Assembly (NCBI GenBank): GCA_965652025.1
Contig: CBFGTM010000005.1
Span: 3,771-67,770, forward strand
From: an uncultured Gemmatimonadales bacterium
GTDB taxonomy: Bacteria > Gemmatimonadota > Gemmatimonadetes > Gemmatimonadales > GWC2-71-9
Direction of reading: 5' to 3'
Length of the DNA stretch: 64,000 nucleotides
Shown here: positions 46,830-56,057 of the stretch, one piece after another
How the letters are laid out: each line of letters opens with the position of its first letter
How positions within the stretch are numbered: the first letter of the stretch is position 1
The notes under the pieces: generated by a model
Seen by the model: the letters and a program-made list of their open reading frames with translations, nothing else
Database searches by the model: none
Told to the model about the DNA's origin: nothing
Made by a program: the position numbers and the translations under genes

Positions 46830-46927
46830 TTTGGAAGTGGCTGTTCGAGTGGCTACGGGAGCAGAGCCGCCACCTGGAAACGGCAGGTTCGCAGTGGGGA
46901 TGTTGGGGTTTTCGGGGGTGATACGGT

Positions 46928-47692
46928 TCAGCGGCCGACCAGCGGCTCGGTCGCGGGCGACGGAGCGTTAGAGGAGCGAGGCATGGGTGCTGTAGGGCGT
47001 CTGAGATTGAAGTAGATGATATGCCATGCCGCCGCCATTCCGTCTCGCCAGCTGATCTTCTTGCCTTCGGCATAGGTGCGGCCAGAATAGGAGATACTCA
47101 TCTCCCAGACCCGAGCGCGGGCCTGCGCCAGACGCGCGGTTATTTCGGGCTCGAATCCGAATCGATCGCTGGTCAGAACGAGAGACTTCAGTAAGGGCGC
47201 GCGGATCATTTTATAGCCTGTCTCCATGTCCGTGAGATTGAGATTCGAGAACATGTTGGACAAGAGCGTCAACAGCTTGTTCCCAACCGAGTGCCAGAAG
47301 TAGAGCACCCGGTGCTCACCGCCGAGAAACCGGGAGCCGAATACGGCATCGGCATCGCCGCGTACGATCGGCTGGAGCAAGCGCACCAAGTCCTTGGGGT
47401 CGTACTCCAGGTCGGCGTCCTGCACCGCGATCACGTCACCGGTAGCGGCGTCGATGCCGGTTCTCAGCGCCGCACCCTTGCCGCGATTACTGGAATGATG
47501 CAGCGCCAGGTCGATCTTGCCGATTTCCCGCAGCCCATCAATGACAGTTCCGGTGCCGTCAGAGGAGCCGTCATTGACCGCGATAATTTCGAGGTCGAGC
47601 GGTGCAGCCCGAAGCCGGTCCACCACCGTCGCGATGGTCCGCTCCTCGTTGAAGGCCGCGATAATCACTGACAGACGGATCGAATCACCCAC
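46928..47692 (-). CDS. GT2 glycosyltransferase, DPM1/polyprenyl-phosphate sugar synthase-like
   Basis: [36 protein letters not shown]. 8-nt overlap with the upstream methyltransferase gene. Confidence 0.88.
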   Translation of the reverse strand: MGDSIRLSVIIAAFNEERTIATVVDRLRAAPLDLEIIAVNDGSSDGTGTVIDGLREIGKIDLALHHSSNRGKGAALRTGIDAATGDVIAVQDADLEYDPKDLVRLLQPIVRGDADAVFGSRFLGGEHRVLYFWHSVGNKLLTLLSNMFSNLNLTDMETGYKMIRAPLLKSLVLTSDRFGFEPEITARLAQARARVWEMSISYSGRTYAEGKKISWRDGMAAAWHIIYFNLRRPTAPMPRSSNAPSPATEPLVGR

Positions 47693-48413
47693 CGATGGCT
47701 CCTATTGCAATAACGGATTGACCAAGAGGCAGGGGTATGAGGTCTTCGGTGCGCAGGAGTGGCACCAAGCGGTCGAAGTGACGTAACTGACCCAGGGGGA
47801 TCCGTGGGACCCTTCGAACCCGTGCATTCAGCCACCAGCCCAGGATTCCCGCGAGGTTGAAATAGAACGTGCGCGCCACTCGGAACCCGGCCTTCTCCAT
47901 TTGGCGCCTCAAGCTGGTTCGGGTGTATCGCCGGTGATGGCCCAGTGCGAGGTCCAGCGACCCGAACAAGGCTGGGAGCGCGGGAACCAGAATCACCGCT
48001 CGACCACCTCCCGACAGCATGCTCGCTATCGATCGAAGAGCTCCGACATCGTCTGCGATATGCTCGATCACATTGAGCGCAACCACGGTATCCAGATCGA
48101 ATCTGCCGAAACGCTCTGCGGCAGACGGGTCGGGGAGGGTGAGCTCCTCGACCACCACGTTCGGGCATCCCTCGAAGTGGCGCTGCAGCGCGGCCCGGTA
48201 GTATGAGTCAGTGTCGGTAGCGATCAGCAGGTCCGGGGCACTATCCAGAATCAGGGTAGACATGTTACCGATCCCGGAACCGATCTCACATATGCGCCGC
48301 CCGAGATAGGGAGCGATCCGGCTGTACTGCCAGCGGTTGTACCGTGGGGCCTCCTGCATGATCTCGAGGGTTTCAGCCCCGGCCAAATCTGCCGGCTGGA
48401 TACTCCTACTCAA
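47685..48413 (-). CDS. Class I SAM-dependent methyltransferase
   Basis: [12 protein letters not shown] (motif I), [22 protein letters not shown]. Confidence 0.85.
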   Translation of the reverse strand: MSRSIQPADLAGAETLEIMQEAPRYNRWQYSRIAPYLGRRICEIGSGIGNMSTLILDSAPDLLIATDTDSYYRAALQRHFEGCPNVVVEELTLPDPSAAERFGRFDLDTVVALNVIEHIADDVGALRSIASMLSGGGRAVILVPALPALFGSLDLALGHHRRYTRTSLRRQMEKAGFRVARTFYFNLAGILGWWLNARVRRVPRIPLGQLRHFDRLVPLLRTEDLIPLPLGQSVIAIGAIGG

Positions 48414-49231
48414 GGGGCGTTCGACCTAGCCTCGAGGTGTGCACTCCATGCAGCGAGATGGGGGACTTCGTACTCACCCCTGAGACAATGTGCCCGAATG
48501 CGGAACAGATCAGCCGCCATCCGGAATGAATCCACCGTAAGGCGTACCTTCGACCCCGGAATATGGGTCCAGTTCACCGGCACCTCCGCGACCCCATAGC
48601 CCAGCCGCCGGGCCATGATCAGCACCTCGACATCGAAGCTGTACCCATTCATCCGCATGCGCGAGAACAGGTCCTGTGCCACCCGGGAATGGAAGAGTTT
48701 GAACCCACACTGAGTGTCCTTCACGCCGCAGTCGGTGAGCCATTCCACCAGACGGTGAAACGTTCGCCCGATGAGACGGCGGTAGAGCTTTGCTCGCACC
48801 TGGACCCCCGAGGCGCGGAGCGCCCGGGATCCGACGGCGACGTCCGCACCCGCGTTCAAGGCAGATTCCAATCGCTCGATCTCACTGATCGGCGTTGCAC
48901 CATCCGCGTCCGCGAACAGTATGATGCGGCCGACCGCGTTGATGACACCGCTCCGAACGGCGTACCCCTTGCCCTGATTCGCCGCCAGCCGTATCAGCCG
49001 AACCTCGGGGAACTCCTCAGACAGCATTCGTCCCACTCTGGTCGTGCCGTCGCGACTGCCGTCGTCCACCAGAATCAGCTCAAAAGCGCGTCCCTGGCTT
49101 CGGCAATAGACCACTATGTCCCGAACCGTTGGTGCAATTCGGGACTCTTCATTGTAGGCAGGAATGACTACTGACAGATCGGGAGTACGCGGCATCCAGC
49201 CTTCGCGAAGCAATGTACCATGGTACATCAC
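48410..49231 (-). CDS. GT2 glycosyltransferase, dolichyl/polyprenyl-phosphate beta-glucosyltransferase (ALG5/DPG synthase)-like
   Basis: LSVVIPAYNEESRI, LILVDDGSRDGT, LFADADGATP, DTQCGFKLF. Alternative start ATG 49195 (MPRTPDLSVV). Confidence 0.88.
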   Translation of the reverse strand: MMYHGTLLREGWMPRTPDLSVVIPAYNEESRIAPTVRDIVVYCRSQGRAFELILVDDGSRDGTTRVGRMLSEEFPEVRLIRLAANQGKGYAVRSGVINAVGRIILFADADGATPISEIERLESALNAGADVAVGSRALRASGVQVRAKLYRRLIGRTFHRLVEWLTDCGVKDTQCGFKLFHSRVAQDLFSRMRMNGYSFDVEVLIMARRLGYGVAEVPVNWTHIPGSKVRLTVDSFRMAADLFRIRAHCLRGEYEVPHLAAWSAHLEARSNAP

Positions 49232-49361
49232 CTGCCTTCACAACAAGTTAGCCAGGTTTCCATCCAATGTACAATGAGATCGGCGGGGGCGCGGCCGGGA
49301 GACCGGACTAACATGCACCAGCGACCAGCCCGCCGCCAGTTCTGAGGGCTTGCAGACTCGG

Positions 49362-50339
49362 TCAACTAGTGCCCGGGGTGCGAGCATCCGACGCTGGCCG
49401 CGAGAGCACCATATAGAGCGCGGGTGCGTAGACCAGCGCCAAAAAATAGGGCCACTGCGCGTCCAATCCCTGCGCGATAACTGCAGGACCGTGCGGGGTG
49501 AAGGCATATGCACAAGCGGCTGCCAGATAGCTCAGTCCAAACATGACCATGAAGCGCGCCTTGTTCTGGGGTATCAGCAGCAGCGGGAGCCATTCGTAGA
49601 TCCCGGTAGTGTGCGGGATCAGGGCCAGGGTGCCCAGCATCCGAGCTTCAGGTTCGCGCCAGCGCAGGAACGCCAAGAGCAGGAGAAAACCTCCCGGGCG
49701 CAGCAGTGGGGCTCGGTATTGTGGCGTATCCCGTAAAGCATCAAGCCAGGCGATCGGCCAGTGGGGGAGTGCAATGAGGGACACCAGTACTAAACCGATG
49801 CTTCCGAGAAGGGCTGAGCGGGAGGGCCAAGCGGCTAACAGTGGGAGACCGATGCTTGGCTTGACAGCCCACACCAATCCCAGCCACGGCAATCCAATGG
49901 CGGCCGTGAGCCAAGGTGACCACTGCCCGAACAACACTGCCTGAACGGCGGGGGCGCTTACGATGATCCATTGCCGCCAGCCGGTGACGCTACAGGTGAG
50001 GAGTACCATTCCAGCGGCCGTGAACAGAGCGGCAGCGGCCTGTCGTGAAAGTACGCCGAACGGGGCCATGAACACCGCTGCTGTTCCTGGATAGTAGAAC
50101 GGCATACGCAGCCGAGCACCGGCGATTTGCTCCTGAACGTAGGCGTATGGATCCAGCCCCCGGGTCAGTGCAACGCCACCGGCCCAGAAATAGTCGAAAT
50201 CGGTAAACAGACCGGGGGCCTCATAGCCTGCCCACACCAGGCCGAAGGTGATGACACCTACGGTGAGCGGGAGGAACCAGCGAGGGGGGCCGACTTTAGT
50301 TTGCTTCGCGCCGTCGACACTATCAGTGAGCTGGGCCAT
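49362..50339 (-). CDS. GT87/DUF2029-like membrane glycosyltransferase (paralogue of 44166-45134)
   Basis: Polytopic. FTDFDYFWAGGVALTRGLDPYAY loop. ATG 50339 chosen because the longest ORF (50474) overlaps the upstream gene. Confidence 0.6.
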   Translation of the reverse strand: MAQLTDSVDGAKQTKVGPPRWFLPLTVGVITFGLVWAGYEAPGLFTDFDYFWAGGVALTRGLDPYAYVQEQIAGARLRMPFYYPGTAAVFMAPFGVLSRQAAAALFTAAGMVLLTCSVTGWRQWIIVSAPAVQAVLFGQWSPWLTAAIGLPWLGLVWAVKPSIGLPLLAAWPSRSALLGSIGLVLVSLIALPHWPIAWLDALRDTPQYRAPLLRPGGFLLLLAFLRWREPEARMLGTLALIPHTTGIYEWLPLLLIPQNKARFMVMFGLSYLAAACAYAFTPHGPAVIAQGLDAQWPYFLALVYAPALYMVLSRPASDARTPGTS

Positions 50340-50376
50340 TGGATCTGGGAGCCGCACGCATGAACGTCCCTTCAGC

Positions 50377-52743
50377 TCACCTGGCGAATCGATCCGAACT
50401 TGTTCGCAGCATCGGTCGAGCGCTATGAACGACCGGGTTGGGACTGGTGCCTTTACCCGGCTGAACTTTTCCACCGCCCTTTCCTTGTGTTATCCGAGGG
50501 ATGGACCAGACGAAGACGCTGAAGATGTTGGAAAAGTCGTCAGTCCATAAACCCACGTCTTCGCGCTTCTGCAGCGGGCGCCACCGCTCATCCTTGCGCA
50601 AGGCAGCCAGGCGCGTTGGATTCGACGCCATGGCAACCCAAATGGATGGGAACCCCTCAGTCTCCACCTCCACCGCGCGCCCCGTATTCCTGCGAATGAG
50701 TCCGGCTGTCTGCGTGGCGTCAATGAGACCGGCGAGCACCGGCTCCAGGTTGAGATATCGGTTACTGATGTGGAAGACCAGGATACCGTTTTCGGAGAGC
50801 TTGCTCCGATATCCAGACAAGGCCTGAAGGGTCAGAAGATGAACAGGGATTGCATCTGAGCTGAAGGCATCGAGCACGATTATGTCATAATAGTGGTCGG
50901 GGGCGTCGGCCAGGGCGAGGCGCCCGTCACCCAGAACCACTCGTACCTTGGCTGGTGTGTCTTTCAGATAGGTGAAGTAGTTCGTGTCCAAGGCGACCTT
51001 GGCAATGTCGGGGTCGATCTCATAGAACGTCCACTCTTCTCCAGCGCCCGCATAGGACACCAACCCACCAGCACCGAGGCCAAGCACCGCCACTCGCCGT
51101 TGTGGACTCGGCGGGAACGCCCGGAACACATCGCCGATTGGGCCAGAGCGATAGTAATACGTGACCGGCTCCCGTCGCCTTGTGGGGTCGGTGCTCTGGG
51201 CCCCATGGTTGGTCGTTCCATGCATGAGCCAACGGATCTGTTTGTCAAAGTCGTCGCGTATTTCCCGCACCCCAAAGAAATTTCGCTCCTTGAGAAGAAT
51301 GCCGGGCTGGGCGCGTGCCGTTACTATCCCGGCGACGACGACCAGCCCGACGGCCAGGGCAAAGCGGGCGGGATTGCGGCTCATCCGAAGACAAACCATG
51401 GCGACCACTGCCGACGACATGATCACGAGTGCAGGTATCGGTCGGTCTGGATCACCGAGACGGCTCCACACCATAACCGCGCACGCGCCCAAGATCAGGC
51501 CGATGTCTCTCCCGAGACCCTTGTGGGATGACTGGACGCCGGACCAGGGGCGAACCGCGCAGGCGATGAGGATGGTGAGTGGGTATTCGAGAACGGAATC
51601 AAAAGCCGCGGGGGCTATGACGGCGTTGAAAATCCCGCCCAGTACCCCCCCGATTGCGAGACACAGGTAGAAGTCGGTCAAACGAGAGGGGGCCGGTTTT
51701 GTCGCTGCCAGCTCCCCATGGCATACCAGCGCGGTAACAAAGAAGACGATCAAATGGAGAGGAAGAAGCCAGATCCCCGAGGCCGATGGGCCCCAAAAGT
51801 GAACGACCGCAAGTACGATCAAGCCGATCGGTTGCCAGCGCACCAAGCCGCTCTGGGAAATCCAGGTGCGCCGGCCAAAAACCATGGTGAACGACAGAAG
51901 ATAGAGAACCAGGGGAATGATCCAGAGGAGCGGCACCGCCGCTATGTCGGTGGTGATGTAGGTCGTGAGGGCCAGGAAGAAGCTGGACGGCACGAAGGCA
52001 AGCAGCATCCAGCGAAGCATCGTGCGCCGGCCGACCTGAGCCACCGGAACGGCGAACTCCTCGAAGGTCAGAGGAGAGGCGGTCAAGGGTCTCAAGTAGG
52101 CCGCAGAGATAAAGACCAGTGCCACCAGGAGGAGGTAACCCCAACTCCACAGCCGGGTCTGACCGTTCAGGGTGATGGCCGGTTCGATGACAAAGGGATA
52201 GCTCACCAGCGCAATCAGACTACCCAGATTGCTGGCCGCATACAGGAAGTAAGGATTATGCGCCGATGGGTGAGCCGTCCGGGAGAACCACACCTGAAGT
52301 AAGGGGCCCGTACTCGACAGAAGCACGAACGGAGCGCCAAGGGAGGCAGTAAGGACCAACAGCAGCCACAGAGTGGGGTGCTCGACCCGGAATTCGGCGC
52401 CGGTAGCTGTCACTCCGATCGGGAGCAGCAGGAGACAGAGAGCCAGCAAGCCGAGGTGCACGAAAGCCTGGCGTCGGGGGCTCAGCCACCGTGAACCGAT
52501 GTGGGCGTAGAAATAGCCCAACAGAAGCGCACCCTGGAAGAAGAGCATGCAGGTGGTCCACACCGCGGGGCTGCCCCCCAGAAGTGGGAGCACCATTTTC
52601 CCGAACATTGGCTCCACCACAAAGAGCAGGGCAGCACTAAGGAAAACGGCCACTGTAAATACTGGACCAATCAGATGGCTTCCTGGTTTGGCCCTGAGTA
52701 CTGGCTCAGAGGCTACCTCAAGCTGGGCCGTGTTGATGTCCAT
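50377..52743 (-). CDS. Fusion protein: N-terminal polytopic membrane domain plus C-terminal spermidine-synthase-fold (class I MTase-like) domain
   Basis: 788 aa. Many TM helices, then VAVLGLGAGGLVSY (GxGxG), DIIVLDAFSSDAIPVHLLT, typical of spermidine synthase-like proteins. Confidence 0.8.
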   Translation of the reverse strand: MDINTAQLEVASEPVLRAKPGSHLIGPVFTVAVFLSAALLFVVEPMFGKMVLPLLGGSPAVWTTCMLFFQGALLLGYFYAHIGSRWLSPRRQAFVHLGLLALCLLLLPIGVTATGAEFRVEHPTLWLLLVLTASLGAPFVLLSSTGPLLQVWFSRTAHPSAHNPYFLYAASNLGSLIALVSYPFVIEPAITLNGQTRLWSWGYLLLVALVFISAAYLRPLTASPLTFEEFAVPVAQVGRRTMLRWMLLAFVPSSFFLALTTYITTDIAAVPLLWIIPLVLYLLSFTMVFGRRTWISQSGLVRWQPIGLIVLAVVHFWGPSASGIWLLPLHLIVFFVTALVCHGELAATKPAPSRLTDFYLCLAIGGVLGGIFNAVIAPAAFDSVLEYPLTILIACAVRPWSGVQSSHKGLGRDIGLILGACAVMVWSRLGDPDRPIPALVIMSSAVVAMVCLRMSRNPARFALAVGLVVVAGIVTARAQPGILLKERNFFGVREIRDDFDKQIRWLMHGTTNHGAQSTDPTRRREPVTYYYRSGPIGDVFRAFPPSPQRRVAVLGLGAGGLVSYAGAGEEWTFYEIDPDIAKVALDTNYFTYLKDTPAKVRVVLGDGRLALADAPDHYYDIIVLDAFSSDAIPVHLLTLQALSGYRSKLSENGILVFHISNRYLNLEPVLAGLIDATQTAGLIRRNTGRAVEVETEGFPSIWVAMASNPTRLAALRKDERWRPLQKREDVGLWTDDFSNIFSVFVWSIPRITQGKGGGKVQPGKGTSPNPVVHSARPMLRTSSDRFAR

Positions 52744-52861
52744 TGTCGGTCAGTTAGTAGGAGACTGCAGACCGCAGATGCACCTGTGCTGCCACCCTGT
52801 GCCGAGGTAAAGTCACCAGGGCGGGGAGTATGCGGTGTCTGCAAGGTGTAGCTCGGGATTG

Positions 52862-53050
52862 CTACGAGCCGAGCTTCCAAACCTTGGCGAACTTGATTGC
52901 GGCTAGGACCAGGAACACGAGCGCAGCCACCCAGAGCAGGGTCGCCAGCCAGCCTTCCACCAGGAAGGAGAGGCCGGCCAGCGCCAGGGCGAGGGCCGCG
53001 AGCCGAAGTGGGGGGGTGAGGTGCCACTGCGGAGCTCTCGGTGCGGTCAT
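52862..53050 (-). CDS. Possible small two-TM membrane protein (62 aa)
   Basis: MTAPRAPQWHLTPPLRLAALALALAGLSFLVEGWLATLLWVAALVFLVLAAIKFAKVWKLGS. High GC3, two hydrophobic helices, no homologue recognised. Confidence 0.3.
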   Translation of the reverse strand: MTAPRAPQWHLTPPLRLAALALALAGLSFLVEGWLATLLWVAALVFLVLAAIKFAKVWKLGS

Positions 53051-53366
53051 CCCAATCCTCTCAATCCAAGGGTGAACCAGCAGGTTCGGAGGAGTTTTGA
53101 GACACCTGCTGGAAAACAAGGCTGCCGGCCACGAGAGGCAACTGATGCCCCTTCAGCGATGACCCGGCATGCTCTTGGAACGAAATGCTATGGTGCTGAT
53201 GGAGTTCGAAGCCACGACACGGGCGAAGCCAACCGGCAACATAATAGCGATTGCTCGCCCTGCTGGCCATGACCCAACCCAGGGCGACGGCTGAGAAGAT
53301 CCCATCCCTGCCCATTGCGGGGCCATATTACTTTAGAAGAGCCTGCCCTACCTGATTGGTGTTTTT

Positions 53367-54053
53367 ATGTCTTTGCACCACATAGTTTTTGCAGCCGGGC
53401 TGATAGCTTCGACCAGCTTGATTTTCCCGCCTGCTGCTTCCGGGCAGACCCCCAGTGCCGACAGTGCCGCCCCACCAGTCGACACGTCTGTGACCGACAG
53501 CGTCTCACAAGGCAACAGCACTCGCCTGACCGTGGACAGCCTCGGCGCCCGGACTGGTGGAGCAGGCCAGCCGGAGCAAGGGTCCGACAGTGTTCGTCCG
53601 CCGGTACCGGTTGACAGTATCCTCAGGAAGGCCTGCCGAGGTTCTGGAGGTTCAGCAACCTTAGCTCGGGACCTGCTGGTAGTTGTCTTCGCGCCCGAAG
53701 CAGCGAGGGCCGACCGTGCTGCGCTTGCCAGGGAGGTTGGGGGCAAACTGCTCGGTCCGGTAAGCTCAGAACCGGGGGCCTACTACTTGAAGGTACCGAC
53801 CCGAGGGCAGGAGCACCGCCTGAGAGCGGCGGCCGATGAGCTCGTCCGCTCTGGCCTGGTTCGGCGGGTAGGCACTCGGGCCTGCCCATCGCCGGCACCA
53901 GCCGACACCAGCCGCAAGGCACCAGCCGACACCAGCCGCAAGGCACCAGCGGACACTGGCTCTAGGACACCTGCCGATACCAGCCGTCCGACCTCTGCCG
54001 ATACCGGTAGTGCAGGGCCTGCCGACACTAGCCGCGCAGGGGTGATTGATTAA
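53367..54053 (+). CDS. Secreted hypothetical protein with C-terminal PADTSRKA-type octapeptide repeats
   Basis: Signal peptide MSLHHIVFAAGLIASTSLIFPPAASG. The central segment LLVVVFAPEAARADRAALAREVGGKLLGPV...YYLKVP resembles protease pro-domain-like alpha/beta modules. Six 8-aa repeats at the C-terminus. Confidence 0.6.
   Translation: MSLHHIVFAAGLIASTSLIFPPAASGQTPSADSAAPPVDTSVTDSVSQGNSTRLTVDSLGARTGGAGQPEQGSDSVRPPVPVDSILRKACRGSGGSATLARDLLVVVFAPEAARADRAALAREVGGKLLGPVSSEPGAYYLKVPTRGQEHRLRAAADELVRSGLVRRVGTRACPSPAPADTSRKAPADTSRKAPADTGSRTPADTSRPTSADTGSAGPADTSRAGVID
53898..54041 (+). repeat. Six tandem 24-nt repeats (coding, PADTSRKA-like)
   Basis: Units 1 and 2 (53898-53921, 53922-53945) are identical: ccagccgacaccagccgcaaggca. 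Units 3-6 are progressively diverged (PADTGSRT, PADTSRPT, SADTGSAG, PADTSRAG). Confidence 0.9.
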
Positions 54054-54110
54054 TCCAACAGCTTGCGCGACCCATTCGGTACCTGATCCGGGCTTCGCAG
54101 GTAGGCAAGG

Positions 54111-54139
54111 CAACGGCCCTCAGAGATGGAGGGCCGTTG
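54111..54139. terminator. Hairpin between convergent genes (probable bidirectional terminator)
   Basis: 11-bp perfect stem CAACGGCCCTC (54111-54121) / GAGGGCCGTTG (54129-54139), 7-nt loop, T-rich TCTTGT on the plus side. Confidence 0.65.
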
Positions 54140-54160
54140 TCTTGTAATCCTGACACGTAG

Positions 54161-55699
54161 CTACTTCCTCGCTGATCCTCGTATGTTCACGACTTTGGCG
54201 AAGCGGCCGGTCTGTCCAATCGCATCGCTGACCACGAGGACGACCGTATACTTCCCCCCCGCCGTGTACGCGTGAAACATCTTTGGACTGGCGCTCGTGG
54301 CCGTGGTACCATCGCCCCAGGTCCACTGGTAGGTCACGATGCCGCGGTCATCGGTCGAGGCGGTCGCGTCAAATGTGCACTGTCCCTTGGGGCAGCTCGC
54401 GCTGAAGCTCGCGGTGGGTGGCCTATCGCCGGGAGGTGGTAGAGGGATCGAGGTGGTGTCCGGAGGCGGCGGTTCGGAGCTCGCGCCCCCGATGAACCCG
54501 GTGTAGAGCAAGAGATTTGGCGATCCCGCGCCGAGTGCCGAAAGGACGCCGGCGGTCGCGTTGCTGGTGATGGCGCTCGCAACCTGCGCTGGGCTGGCAG
54601 TGGGGTTGGCGGCGAGATACAAGGCCGAGGCGCCGGCGACGTGGGGAGCCGCCATGGAGGTGCCACTCATTCCGGCATAGACCGTGTCATTGGTATACCA
54701 GGTCGAGATGATTGACCGACCGGGAGCGTATAGATCCAGACACCTCCCGTAACTGGAATAGCTCTCTTGCGCGTCGGCTTGATTTGAGGCTCCGACAGTC
54801 AGGGCAGCCGCAACGTTGGCAGGTGTGGTATTACAGGCATCGCTGGATGAATTCCCCGCTCCCACCGCGTAAACCACACCAGATGCAATTGAGTTCTGGA
54901 CGGCTTGGGCCAGCGTAGACGAAGAGGAGGTGGCGATGCTCATGTTGGCAACCGCTGGACGCACGCGGTTCTTCGTTACCCAATCAATGCCTGCAATTAT
55001 GCCGCTTATCGATCCTCTGCCGTCACAGCCGAGGACGCGGATACCGATAATCTTCACTGCCTTCGCGACCCCGAACCGGCTGCTTCCGACGATTCCAGCC
55101 ACGTGAGTTCCGTGGCCGTGGCAGTCATTGGTGCCGTTGCCGTCGCTGATGGCGCTGTAGGCGCCAACAGCCCGGCCGCCGAACTCGACATGCGTGGCGC
55201 GTATACCCGTATCCAGAATGTAGGCGCTCACCCCGGCGCCGGTGTTGGGGTAGATATAGTACTGATCATAGGGGAGCGCACGTTGATCAATGCGGGATAG
55301 TCCCCACTGCGATGCCCAAAGCAGTTGAGCGTCGGCCGTCTGTGCCATCTGGTCTTGCTCAACCGACGCCACGTTCGGATTTCTTCTGAGGGCCTCGATC
55401 GCCTGCGCCGGCAGCTTGGCCGAGAATCCTTTCAGTGCCGCGGTGTAGGTGAACCGGAGCGTGCCGCCGTGCTGGGCCACCAGCGCCCGGGCATGAGCTG
55501 CCGGGTCCGGCAGGCTGGAGTTGAACACCACGATGTACTGGTCAGGGATGGTCGCTGCGGTGGCGCTGAGCTGGGTGGCTATCGGTTCTGCTGGTGCGGT
55601 AGGTCCGGAAGGACCGTCGTCCGGCCGGCACCCGGGCACCAGCATCATGCCCAGAATGACAGCCAAGACAAAGCCGAAACCCCGTGGGGTGGACAGCAT
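54161..55699 (-). CDS. Secreted S8 subtilisin-family serine protease (proteinase K-like) with I9 pro-domain and C-terminal PKD-like domain
   Basis: Catalytic triad contexts YILDTGIRATH (Asp), HGHGTHVAGIVGS (His), GTSMAAPHVAGASALY (Ser). N-terminal signal and pro-peptide. C-terminal CTFDATASTDDRGIVTYQWTWGDG (PKD-type). Confidence 0.92.
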   Translation of the reverse strand: MLSTPRGFGFVLAVILGMMLVPGCRPDDGPSGPTAPAEPIATQLSATAATIPDQYIVVFNSSLPDPAAHARALVAQHGGTLRFTYTAALKGFSAKLPAQAIEALRRNPNVASVEQDQMAQTADAQLLWASQWGLSRIDQRALPYDQYYIYPNTGAGVSAYILDTGIRATHVEFGGRAVGAYSAISDGNGTNDCHGHGTHVAGIVGSSRFGVAKAVKIIGIRVLGCDGRGSISGIIAGIDWVTKNRVRPAVANMSIATSSSSTLAQAVQNSIASGVVYAVGAGNSSSDACNTTPANVAAALTVGASNQADAQESYSSYGRCLDLYAPGRSIISTWYTNDTVYAGMSGTSMAAPHVAGASALYLAANPTASPAQVASAITSNATAGVLSALGAGSPNLLLYTGFIGGASSEPPPPDTTSIPLPPPGDRPPTASFSASCPKGQCTFDATASTDDRGIVTYQWTWGDGTTATSASPKMFHAYTAGGKYTVVLVVSDAIGQTGRFAKVVNIRGSARK

Positions 55700-56057
55700 A
55701 AACCCCCTCCTGCGGTTCGTTCGGCGGCCCGACTAGCATGGCCCGGCGCGTCGGTGCGCAGTGGGCGTTAGCCTCGTGGCTTTGCGTCCCCGCCTTTCGA
55801 CGGGTTTGCCTTTGTCGCGACCCTCACATGGAGGGGGCGATCCTGCCGATCAGTTGTGAGATGGCGAGCGCCAGGTAAGCCGGCGCGACTCCTCTGAGGC
55901 GACTCCTATTCTTATAGAAGTACGGGTTCAACGGCGTCAGGCTAAGGCTGCCGCTATCCGAAGATCGGTTTCGAGGCTTGCAGGCGTCAAGCCACATCGC
56001 TTGCAGCTTCTTCCACTGCAGCATCTTGCAGCGACATCTGATTGATTACTGGAAATG

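Noticed and set aside
53061-53315. 84-aa minus-strand ORF upstream of the small membrane-protein ORF, considered as a possible frameshifted N-terminus
   Set aside because: It has low GC3 compared with real genes here and no domain signal. Joining it to 52862-53119 by a frameshift gives no sensible protein. I treat it as a divergent promoter region.
55824-56024. 66-aa minus-strand ORF in the 358-nt spacer between the S8 protease and the pilin-like lipoprotein genes
   Set aside because: It has no ribosome-binding site, mixed codon usage and no recognisable similarity. The region is more likely promoter or UTR sequence. I could not identify an RNA gene or IS remnant there either.
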